A DNA stretch of 64,000 bases from Phallusia mammillata. Its lineage: Eukaryota. This document shows, one piece after another, positions 1 to 11,800 of this stretch. The translations under genes and the position numbers were made by a program. Location: NCBI GenBank assembly GCA_965637545.1, contig OZ281497.1:13392001-13456000 (forward strand), given 5' to 3'. How positions within the stretch are numbered: position 1 is the first letter of the stretch; each line of letters begins with the position of its first letter. The notes beneath the pieces were generated by a model. That model was not told the DNA's origin, made no database searches, and saw only the letters and a program-made list of their open reading frames with translations.

Positions 1-1759
1 TTCTTTGCATTTTGGTGTTTATCGACATTGACCCCCTTGCCAATGACACTGGTATACGCGAGGTTGGTTTCCAAGTTTCTGAAAAAACATTTTGTGACGA
101 ATTACATCATGGAGTGTGTATAACGAATTTTTTGCGAGCTTACTAAAGTGTTTGTAACGCTTAAATAGTATGTCAAGTCACCTGAATTTTATTTTTTAAG
201 CAAGTATTTTATTACCACCATTTCCCCCCAAAGGTTCATCCAACAAGATTACAGCCTTGTTACGTAACGGTAGAATGCAAGATAATGTGTGGACAATATT
301 AGCTCACCACGACGCAAGGGAATACTGAGCACTGCTCCAAGAGCTAATTTATTTCTATTTTGTTGTGCAGAAATGGCAGTGGGAATGTGGTGCATTTGCA
401 GTTCTTATATCCTGGCTTAACTTGCTCTTGTACGCACGTCGAACTGCTTGGTTAGGAATATACGTGTTTATGGTGACAAGCGTCGGATTCACATTCCTAC
501 GATTTGCTGCAGTTCTCGTTCTCTTTGTTCTCGGATTTTCGTTCAGTTTTTACGTGTTGCTCCAAAACCAGGTAACGAAAAACTTTAGTCATTAACCACT
601 TGCCTTCGAACAAAGTTTTTTTATATCTATACTCTTCTGTAGTACCCGTTCTACACACCGGCACTGGCTTGTGTAAAGACGTTTGTGATGATGATCGGGG
701 AAATGGATTACACTTCAATATTCCTAGCGCACTACACCAGCAGTGAATACCACGATGTTGTGCAGTACGACACCTCCTCAAATATCGTCTTTATCATATT
801 TGCTGTTCTCATGAGTCTTCTTCTCACAAACTTGCTGGTCAGTATAAAATTTATGCTTACATTACGGAGGAAACGTGGCGTCATTAACGCCGGGCCCCAG
901 ATCAAATGTTCATAACGCAACTCCGGTCTTTAAATTGTGTTCCCGGACTTTATATTTAAAATATTTTTGTGTGTTTTAATTTATAGGTTGGTCTCGCTGT
1001 TGACGATATTACTTCCGTTCAAGATCACGCACTGGTGCAAAGACTGGCACTTCAGGTAAATCATAATAATTGATTTTAATCAGTTTAGTGTTATACTGTT
1101 TGTCGCAATTTAACTATAACATTGTTTGAATTCAAGACGGGAGCTTATCCGAGTCTGTTCACCTTTCAATAACTAGTATCACTTCAGGTTGAAGGACTGC
1201 TGGATATGGAGTACGCGATGCCAGAGATTTTACGTCGCCGCTGGGTGGTGCGCGAGCGCCGAGTGTTTCCCAACAAATACGAGGGACGAAACACGATTCT
1301 TCGATGGTTGGTAGAGGAAAAAGAAATGAAGGAAAAACATATCCGGAATACAATTGCACCTCCCGATGTATGGGCTTTCCTACTACAGTTACAACTTTAG
1401 TACTATATGGCTACTTGCAATAACAAAGTAGCTGATTCGCTTACTTATTTCAACGAAACAAAAAGTACAAAACGCTCGTTTAACGCATAAACAAGTTACA
1501 GAAACTTAATTCTGAACGTTAGAAAGCCTTAGTTAACTCAACTACTCAATTGCTAGACGTTGACGATAAAAAGTTTGTTACACTGCTCTTTTTTCAGAAC
1601 GAGATAGACAAACTTCGAAGCGAGGTAAAAGAGCTTCGATACGAGCTTGTTGATGCTTCCGAAGCAATAAAAATGATTTCACAACAACAGCTTGAATGCA
1701 CTCAATTAATCGAAAATCTGTCGGTTAACATCAAAAAGTTGGTTGACAAGAGTTCCTAA
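1..1759 (+). CDS. TRPA1-like: TRPA1-like channel, paralog A, 3' part only (exons <1-62, 371-571, 643-837, 987-1055, 1188-1367, 1598-1759)
   Basis: GT-AG exons in consistent phase encode end of S3, S4 (WQWECGAFAV), S5, pore (KTFVMMIGEMDY), S6 (TNLLVGLAVDDI), TRP-like helix and a C-terminal coiled coil ending TAA 1759; the motifs match TRPA1. Confidence 0.9.
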
Positions 1760-2489
1760 TATGTTGGTCTGATGTTGTTTTGTTTCGTTTTTAACCTGTG
1801 CTTACATTTGTCTTTTTACGTCTTGTTTTCATGCAATATTGCTTTCTTTGTGTTATATTGCACAACCCTGTCAAGAGATCCATCCACAATAACAGTTTTG
1901 GCGTTACATACACCCGCATGGATTTGTTTAGTACAATATTCCGCTGGATAACCCACATATAAAACCGAAATGTTGCCTATTTCGCTCGCCAGCTCTAGAA
2001 CAAAACGCAATCAGCGCAAGTCAGTAAAATATGAGCATCCTAAAAAGTAGTTATTCAAAATGTCACGGCGTTTGTTCAAATCGTGCAGTGGCATGTTAGG
2101 GTTAGGATTTCATAGTTCAATACACCTGTAACAAAGTAAAACAGATGTGGCCCATAGTTATGCAGAATTATTATTTCAATTATTTTTTTGACTGTAAAAC
2201 AGAAAACATTTGGTTTTCATGAAAATTACTATATTGGGAAAGTCAGGCCAAACACACAAATTTGTAAGTCATTGCGTTTGTAAGTCATTTGCGTAATATG
2301 TTTTATTTTTCACAGAAGCAAAGCAAACATAATCTGTTTCATGCATTTCTAGCCCTGTTTGGTTTTCACACCAGACACACTTATAGCAGTAGATATTTCA
2401 AACAATAATTCACATTCATGCTCTTTCAATTTTTTGCTTCAGTGAACAAGATCGCTTAAAAATTTATGCCCAAAATATTCTGAACTTCT

Positions 2490-2524
2490 GTGAGTCAGCA
2501 GGGAGACAGTTCAGGGTGTATAAA
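2490..2524 (+). promoter_or_regulatory. Candidate promoter of TRPA-B: ARE/AP-1-type GTGAGTCAGCA (2490-2500) plus TATAAAG (2518-2524)
   Basis: Exact match to the CNC-sMaf/AP-1 element, about 20 bp before a TATA-like motif. It starts a ~320-bp non-coding block conserved upstream of both B and C. Confidence 0.45.
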
Positions 2525-2814
2525 GCCACAGGATGGCTTGTTAACTTCGCATGGTTTCATACTGCCGTACATATCTACTTATTGCACTAAAAAACGCTTA
2601 CATCAGAAAAAAGCAGGATTGGAGAATGTAATATTCAATGACATTTGTTTACGGTTCACTGCCTGTACGTGATGATCGGCTCTTCATTGTTGTGCTTATC
2701 ATCAAGCGGTAAAAAAGGTTGTGACATCACAATTCGCTTGAGTTGAAAGTTTTTAAAAAGAGTGTTCGGGCTGTTTAGCTGCCAATCAGTATTTGTGTAT
2801 CTAACCGACGTGCA

Positions 2815-5800
2815 ATGAATTTTCAAAAGTTTCCACACAAACGTTTCAAACAACGGGCCAGCGCCCAGATTCAACTATCCAAGGCAAGCTTGCGGTTAAT
2901 GCAAATGATACAGGATGGAAAATCAGAAAATGTCAGTGAATATTTAACAAGCTTGCAGGAGGAAACTTCGGTTGTCAACCACGTCAACGACGAGCTGGGT
3001 TTAGCACCACTACATATGGCTGCTAGGTAAAACGACATGACTTATTGTGTACATTTGTCTTGGGATGAAACTTGTCTGTTTAAATAACGCACATTTGTCC
3101 AAAAGGAAGAATAACTCGTTTTTTTTATCAGTGCGTGTGAAAACAAAATGCTGTAAAAAGTCCAGAGCACAATTAAGTTTACGGGTTTATCACTTGCGTA
3201 AGATAAGCTTCGTCATGTTTTTTCCTTAATTTGTAATTAATTTCTCGAGCAGCAACTATTTTAGATCAAAAATCTAACCACAGTATTGGAAGTGTCTGCG
3301 CACTTGTCAATCTGGATATTCTCCAAACAGGTTTACCACTTTAAAGTACTCCAGCTGATTGTTGCTCACTGTTAAGGTTAAATAGCATTTTCCCAAACAT
3401 CGCCAAATAAACCACAATGTGCACTCATGTTTAACGAGACGAAACACTGGTTCGGTGGTATCTTAGATCTCCAGAAAACATTTTGCGTTTGCGTTTAACT
3501 CTGTGGTGCGTTACGGTACACTGGTTTTAATTATGTTTGATTAAACTTTAAGATCAGGAGACGGGAGGTTGGTGGAACAACTGATAAAATACGGAGCCTC
3601 GGTGCACGCAGCCGCAGCAGATGGCAAACAAGCATTGCACTTCGCGGCAAAAAATCACAAGGAAACCAACGCTAACACATTTCAGGTGACTTTATTGCAC
3701 AAACAATAACAATTATTGGTCCTAAAATTGTAATACCCAATTTTGCGCACACCCAATTAATAAAATCGTTTGACCTTCGTACACTTTGTCGTTTTCTGAT
3801 GGAACTATTTGTAACAACAAGCCTCTTACACCACATCTAAAAGTGTGTTATAACTTTAATGTGATTTCAAAATTATTAGAGCCAAACAAAACTGGATGAA
3901 AGCGAAACTGAAAGCTGCATTCAAGTTTTGTTGAACAACGGGGCGAACGTGAATGCCGAAGACCATTTTCAAACTACTGCGCTTCATTTGGCGTGTGAGA
4001 GAGGAAATTCACAGACTGTACAAGTACTGTTGACAGCAGACGGGATAAATTTGAAGGTGTGTTGTTTATTTCAAAACAGAATTAATCTAACAGTTCGAAA
4101 ATAATTTCACTTTTCTAAATATTATTAAGTCAAATCGCGGGTCAATCTAAATAGACTTAGGCTTTTGCGTACCACGAAGCCGTTTCAAAAATACGCACTA
4201 ATTACCGTCAGTGCAAGGACTGTCAACGACCAAAACAAAAACACCACCTGACGTTTTGAAACAGACCAATTCAAATCAAGTAGGCTACGTGGAAACCACA
4301 TTAGCCGGAACCGATGTTGCCTAATATGTTTATATCAGCCTTTTAATGCAAAAAGTGATCTTGCTGTTTTTGTAAATACGTCGTGTCACCAATCTTCACG
4401 GAATTACATCGGTAAACAGTTTTTAATAACTTGCCCTGTACGACAGTGTCATATATTTTAATGTGTTTTGATTACAATGGCAAAACTAATCACAAGTATA
4501 AATAGTTTGACCGTTGGCCGCACCCCAATGTGGTACATGGTTCTACTTCAAACGTTTTTATTTAACTTAAAGTTTATTTCCAGTATGTGATAACATTTTA
4601 ACCAGGCATTAAACTATCGCAAAATGACTCCACTACACGAAGCCGCAAGACACGGTCATTATCAAGTCGTCAGTGCCATTCTAAATGCAAGCAATGGGGT
4701 TGGAGATGTTATCAAGCTAAAAGATGAAAAACATTGCACCCCACTAATGTTGGCGTCATTTGGAGGCCATGTCAAGGTTAGCTTAATCATGCCATCTAAT
4801 ATTAAGAGCGTCCAGATGATCATTAGTTGTTGTAATCTTTTGAATATAAATCTTTTAGGTTTTAATTATGTATACAATCCAAGATCCGTAGCAGTAAAAT
4901 CAAATCGAATATTCAACTGATATTAAATAATTAGATCCTGAATAAACACTTTTTACACATATGTCGTTGCATGCATCAATAAATCTCGTAATCCTATGAA
5001 GTGACTGAATACAAAGGTTGCGATATAGTATCGTAACTTTAATTTGATTTTCCATTTGCGCTCCTTTTATTTCTACATGTGGCTAGACCTATATGGCAGA
5101 CTTTTATGTTTTGGGCTAACAATCAAACTTGACTTATTTGGACCCCGGTAAGGTTGCTGCGAATACATAAAACGTCTAAAGTAACAAAACTATTTGTTAC
5201 AGGTCTGCGAGAGAATCTTAGATTTTTGTCAAAATTTATCACACAAAAAAGTAGTTTGGCAACTTTTAGCAAAAGACGATGATTTGTGTACTTCTCTACA
5301 CGCTGCGATTGAAAGTGGATCGTGCGAAACTGTGAAACTTATACTTGAATCGTGGAAAACAAACCAACAACACGCCGATGACTTTTCATCCGATTGTTTA
5401 AATCGTAAGTAAATAAAATCTTGCGTATACCGAAATAAAATTCAGAACAACGTTTTTAGCTGCCTGATACTTATAATGTGGGGACATTACATTTATACTG
5501 ATAATTTATACATGTGCAATTGTATTGTCTAAACATTTTTACTTAAACGCAATCAGTCATTTACAACAGGGGTCGGCAACCTTTTTTTACTGCGGACCGT
5601 TTTTGAAAATGAAATTTTATCCCGGACCGGCCTTCAACAAAAAACAAACAATTAGCAATGAAAAACGCTTAAATTTGTTTATCTTTCCTGGGATACATGG
5701 GCAAAATGTTTTCTTGTAAAAAGATACGGCCCGGTAACAAATTTCTCACGGACCGGCGGTTGCCGGAAAATATGGGTATTTTTCACCAGCGAATAAACCT

Positions 5801-8800
5801 TTTTTCTTTGTCAGTAAACGCATCCGGGCAGAAATATGTCGACCTTGGTCGCAGTGATGGCAAAACATGTTTGCATTTGGCCGTAAACGAGGGAAACTTG
5901 GAAATGGTAAAAATGTTACTCCAACACGGTGCCTCTGTTAATGCTCACACCGAAGAAAATGAAACTTCCCTTCATTTTGCAGCTCTCAGAAATCATGCCG
6001 ATATTATCAGTATTTTGTTAAAAAGGTAAAAATAAAACTTGAAATCCATTTTTTACGTCAGGTGTTGTTAATTTTTTTTCCTTTATTTCCTTTTACGTAA
6101 AACATTACCACACTAAATAACAGCAGGTTTGTGTGGTGTTGAAACGGCAGTAATTTTTTTTATATTTTGATTCATTGCAGCGTTTAAATTATTTGAAGAA
6201 TTGTTTATTTTACTGAGCAGATCAGATTTCTAAAGCAAAAATGCATGCGATGGGATATACATTTTTTCCGTCAGAAAAAACAACGGTTTTTAGTCAATAT
6301 CTTTACCGTGTGCATTATTTTCAGTGGCGAAAGTTGTGAGATCTGTGATGATGAAGGACGAACACCCCTTTTGACTGCGTGTCAGTCCGGTCACGTGGGG
6401 GCGACAAAGCGTCTGTTAGAACATGGCGCCAAATTTTTGGCAACCGACCAATTAGGCCGCAACTGTTTAATATTGGCTACCCAGTCAGGAAATTTGGCTA
6501 CTGTCCAGGTTTAAACTCAAATACAGTTGTACCAAATCATCGAAAATGACATAATATGTTTTAGGAAATTTTGTCTGTGGTTGGAAAGAGTTTGATTACT
6601 GAATGTGATCGCCATGGTAACACTGCTTTGCACATAGCCGCTGAAAAAGGAATGCTTTCCATCGCTCAAGTAAGTTGTATCTCATCAAAAGAAATCTTTT
6701 TTACTTGTTTTTCGAATCACAGTTTACAGCCGGTTTGACCAAAAGCCAAAATCAAATTTACTGTCTTTAAAGATTAACTTTTTATGTGTAATATTTTAAT
6801 TTAGACATTGCTCGCTAAAGAAGTGCATCTCGATAAGCGCAACCTCAATCAACATACCCCGGTGCTCGTCGCATCAATGAATGGACGCTTGTCTGTTGTG
6901 AGAGAGATCGTATCAAAACACCGTCCATCTCTCAACCACCAAGATGAACATTCCAGAACCGCATTACACTTGGCAGCTTTAAATGGTCATGCCGAAGTTG
7001 TTTCTGGGTTACTTGACATTGGAGCCAATATTTTTCACCTGTAAGCAAATTTAGATATGTCTAATTTCTTCGCCCTCTAATTTTATTGAAAGTTAACTTA
7101 AACAAACTGATTCTAGTGACGACAAACGCCAAACATCATTGGATATGAGCATAATAGGTGGTTGGGTCGATTGTGCATCTGTATTACTGGACAAAGAAGA
7201 AAAACTTGTCTTCAACAAATCAAGATCAGGGGTAAAAACTGAATATTGGCATCAATTTTCTTGTACAGCCGCCATCTGCCGCAAGAAAGAAACAAGGCGA
7301 CTCTCTGCTTTTGCCAAAAAAGTTCATGCAAAATATCCTGTATAAAGGCTTAGTCGACATACTGTTATCTAAAGCCCCTTTAGCATTACTGCTTTAAAAT
7401 CGTACCAATTTGTTTTATTCCTAGCACACATCATTACTTCTTGCTTGCAAAATTGGAAGACCCAAATTGGTGGCTTTGCTTTTAAAACACAATGCAAACG
7501 TGAAAGATCGTTTGCCAGACGGATGCAACGCACTGGACGTTGCTATTGACAACCGTAATGAGGAGTGTGCTCATGAATTGGTGAAACATGAATCTTGGAA
7601 GGAATCGTTGCGTAATGCTACCAAATGTCAGGACGATGAAGGTATATATGGCATAATTAAGTTGGTCAATATTTATTACAAGGCCAACACATATGTCAAT
7701 ATTTATTATAAGGCCAACACATATGAACAACCACTAACTTATGTAAAACTACTTTTTTTAGATTATCTATTGACCCCGTTTAGAAAACTTGTTGAAAATA
7801 TGCCGGACGTCGCTGAAGTTGTTCTTACCAAATCAATGGTGATTAGTGAAGCAGGTTTGGAAGACGAAAACTGCGAAGTAAGTTTGCAACTATGTTATTG
7901 CTTACTTTAATCCTCGTTTTTGGAACAATGTGTAAATTCGCTTTGCATTCAGCCCCTTTTTACGCAATGCGCTGTCTGAGGGCAGTTCCGCCAATTTATT
8001 TTGGATTTGTATGTTTTTAAATTTTGTTTGACGAAACGGTTTTCACTTCGTTGAAGCAATGCTGCCCAAGTTTGCAAATTATTGATTCTATCCACGAGCA
8101 TTTTTTATAGATTACGTTTGACTTCGAGATACTCGACGATGAATACGAAATTCCATACTGGATAAAAATAATTGAGGACAAAGAAACTAACGAAGATAAA
8201 CGCAAAATTACGGAAAATAACTTCCACCAGGTTAGTGTAGCACAAATATAGCATAACTTTTCACCGCAAAGTATGTGCGAAATGTTACTCAGGTACCCCC
8301 GACCGTCAGTAAAAAATCAAACAATTTACCAGAAAGAAGTCAGTTTTAAGAGTTCCAAAATTACGACGTATTTGCAGAGCGACGACGCTTCCGGGTGTGA
8401 AAGCTGTTCGGACGACGACCCCTATGGATCGAACGGCCAGTTAACAAAAGATTCTCAACCCTACGCAACACGATCGGTAATTATTTTGGACAACCACCCT
8501 TTAAAATTCATGGTATGGACATATTATTACATAAAAAATGAATTATTGTGCAAATTTCGTCATTTTGGCTTTTAGGTGAATTCCAAGAGAGAGCGCCTGC
8601 TGCGCCACCCAACGGTGACAAGTTGGATTAATTACAAATGGAGAAAGTTTGGCAGATACTTTTATTGGACAAATCTGCTCACCTACCTGTTATACTTTGT
8701 GTCATTTAACACTTACATGACGACAACCCCTCCACGTTTTGCCATAAATGAAACATTTTTTAACACCGAGTGTGTGAGGTATTTATCTCTGTTTTAAACA

Positions 8801-11800
8801 TTAGGTTTGTAACATTTGTTGCAAGTAATAAAATTTGTTCGTTTAGGATTAGACCCGAAGCTCAAAGTGTTTGGGGAAGCGACTGTCTTAAATTCTCCAC
8901 CAGTCGACACCTTTTTACAATTCTGATTATGTCTATTTCATCTCTACAACTTCTTAAAAAGGTAGTTGTTTTTTAAGTTTTTGTTTGTACAAAACCATAA
9001 CAGGTGGAAAAATATGCCACTCATTTTGGTAACGACTGTGTACTTACAGTTCACGCAACTTATCCACCATCGATTGAAGTTTTTCTTGAATTGGATAAAT
9101 TACATGGATGTTGCGCTTTATGCACTATCTTTGCTGGTGTTGATCGATTTTGAAAGTAGTGTACATGATACCGAAATTCGGCAGGTAGGCTAAACCTTTT
9201 TTTCCTGTTGCTTTCATAGTTTTAAAATGTGACCTTAGGGCAATTTACTCGTAAAAATTTACCATTTACCCTACACGTCGAGTTCGCCAGCTCCAGCTCG
9301 CAACCACGATCCAAATTGTGTAGTTATAGGGACCCTGCAATTGCAGTCCAATAAAATTTTAAAGCTCTGACAAAACCCTGTTTCAATCAATCAGTCATTC
9401 AACTTTATTTTGCCCAGAAGCAGGGCCGGATTTAGACCATGAGAGGCCCTAGGCCAGGGGTGGCCAACCGGTCGAAGCCTAGGAGCCATATTTTTATTGC
9501 GTTAACACAAAGAGCCACATTATACACATACGCAGATATGTTCAATGCCTTCTCCCTTCCTCACACACAGAGACTTGTGCTTAGCCAGATTTATTCCAAA
9601 TGTCGCACACCAACATAATAATGACACAATTGGACTTGTACAGACCACGGCCAGTCATTTTCAACACTGTCTCTCACACAAAACTCTCATTTCAACGAAT
9701 CTCACAAACAAAATCAAATAAATTAAAACATCCTTTTTGTCTCATTCTATTACTAACGTTCGGTGAGATTAATGTCTGGTGAATTGCTAAATCATTTTTT
9801 TTTTCGTTTTTGCCATTTTGAAGGCTAACTTGACAAAAATTGTTTACTCAAAAGATTTTCCCTAGTGAAAAACTTTGCGGTATTTTCAGCTAATGCGCAT
9901 GCGCCCCAAACGTAGGCGCCGAGTTTAACAAAATGCAAAGTGGCGAAACTAAATTCATTGCGACGTCACTAATGCATTTACCACCAACAGTTGCTCGAAT
10001 CAAACCCAAGACAAACATCCCATAAAATACAACGTTCGTCGTAACCCGAAAACCAACGGATTGAAGCACTATTATTTTACTTGGAACACTTTGTTGTAAA
10101 TATTGCTGTTGCTTTGTGTCTCATTCGCATTGTACGCAACAATAAGCAACCATTCATTGTTCAACAATTGAATATATGAGATCACAATCAAGACATTTGC
10201 CACAAAAGGTTGCAGTTTTAAGGCAAGGTTTGTGGCCATTCCGATAGTAAGTTTGTTTGAAAGCAAAACTGTTGAAGCTTTACTTTAAATTCAACGATTT
10301 TTGTACCAGATCGCCTCATACTAACCAAAATATACACAGTAGGCCCCAAACTTCGACAACGACGTAAGAGCCGCATATAACCAGGCGAAGAGCCGCATGC
10401 GGCTCGCGAGCCGCGGGTTGGCCACCCCTGCCCTAGGCTATTCCATTTCTGAGGCCCCTCCCTATTTTTGAGCTCAGAATTTCTCTCTAACAAACCAGTG
10501 GTTCCCAATCTTTTTGTAGTCACGGTCCCCTTTCATAAATTTTATAGGTCCGCGGACCCCTATAATGTTATTTATAAGTCTTGTTATGTTTTTCGATTTC
10601 TGCGTTATTCGTTATTATCGCTATTTGGGCGTTCACGGTCCCTAAATCTCAATAAACTTCTGTACTGCAGCAGTCAACGCAACAAAGAGATACTTTTTTT
10701 GGACTGGTGTGCAATGCTTGAAACAAAGCACTATAAGTTCGATTGTTTGTGTGTTGTGATGTCACAATGGAGAATCACACAAAAAAAAGTTTTTCTTATC
10801 CAGAAGTTTGATAAACAGTTTGCACTCGTATGCAAGATTGTAAAAACGGTTTGGAAACGTAAAATATTGTACTGTTGGTTAATGGTACTAAGAATGTTTG
10901 CCTCCACAGAGCCCCAAAACCAACTCGCGGACCCCTTGGAGGTCAGGTTGGGAACCACTGCTCTAAACAACATCGCATGTCATTGCTTAATGTTAAAAGT
11001 ATGAGTGTATTAAACTCTTGGTTCTTTTCATTTTCCACATTCATAGGTGCAACATTTTAGTTAAAAGAATAAAAATTTAGTTGAGGCAGTTTTGCTTTTA
11101 ATTTTAATATCTTTGATCAAACAACCGTTACAAAATTGTAAAGCTTATTTACGAGGACATAAGAAATAGTTACAGCGATCAAATAGAGCATGTCATTTTC
11201 AAATTTCATTTTCTTGCGCTTGCTAGCTCCACTTTCAAATCTTTTATTAATAATAAATTTAAGGTTCCAAAAAATTATGAAATAAGATTATTGCTTGATC
11301 TAAACGCAGGTTAGCAATAGCAAGACGTCTACTAATAAGATAAGTCGATAACATTAGTAAACTGTGATTGATAAAACGTATAATTTACCACATTAACAGT
11401 AAGCAACACAATGTCTATTAGTTATTTCAGCAACATGTCAACTACCAATACTGTGTTTTTTTTGCAGAGAAGACTACTGTACTTTAACATCGAAACTTCC
11501 AACACAATGCGCGTAATAATTGCCTTTATTATGATGCAAATGACGTAATAATGACTGTTTACAACGTGGTTGAAACCAGTTGTGTATGGAATTTTCTACT
11601 CTGAAAAGCTTAATATACATATACTTTAGGTAGGGTTTAAACTTGCCAAGTTTTTGAAAGAATTACAGACTTCGAAACCGAATTTCGAGGCCCTGGACGT
11701 TGAGGCCCTAGGCTTCAGCCTACCTAGCCTATTGGTAAATCCGGCCCTGCCCAGAAGTAATCGTAATAATTCACGGTAAACAGAACAAGTGGAAGCGTTG

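Larger units (their letters stand above)
9421..11749. mobile_element. hAT non-autonomous element hosting two nested MITEs, in TRPA-B intron 17
   Basis: TIRs CAGGGCCGGATTTA / TAAATCCGGCCCTG; 8-bp TSD CCCAGAAG at 9413-9420 and 11750-11757. Confidence 0.9.

Noticed and set aside
7232-7424. Read-through ORF or mini-exon at 7269-7339, and the apparent TGA/frameshift at the same place in C
   Set aside because: Direct splicing SRSG|HTSLLLAC restores an ankyrin consensus in phase 0; the segment is intronic, so C is not a pseudogene on this basis.
10468-11004. 178-aa ORF in TRPA-B intron 17
   Set aside because: It runs across MITE boundaries with no transposase motifs; a chance ORF.
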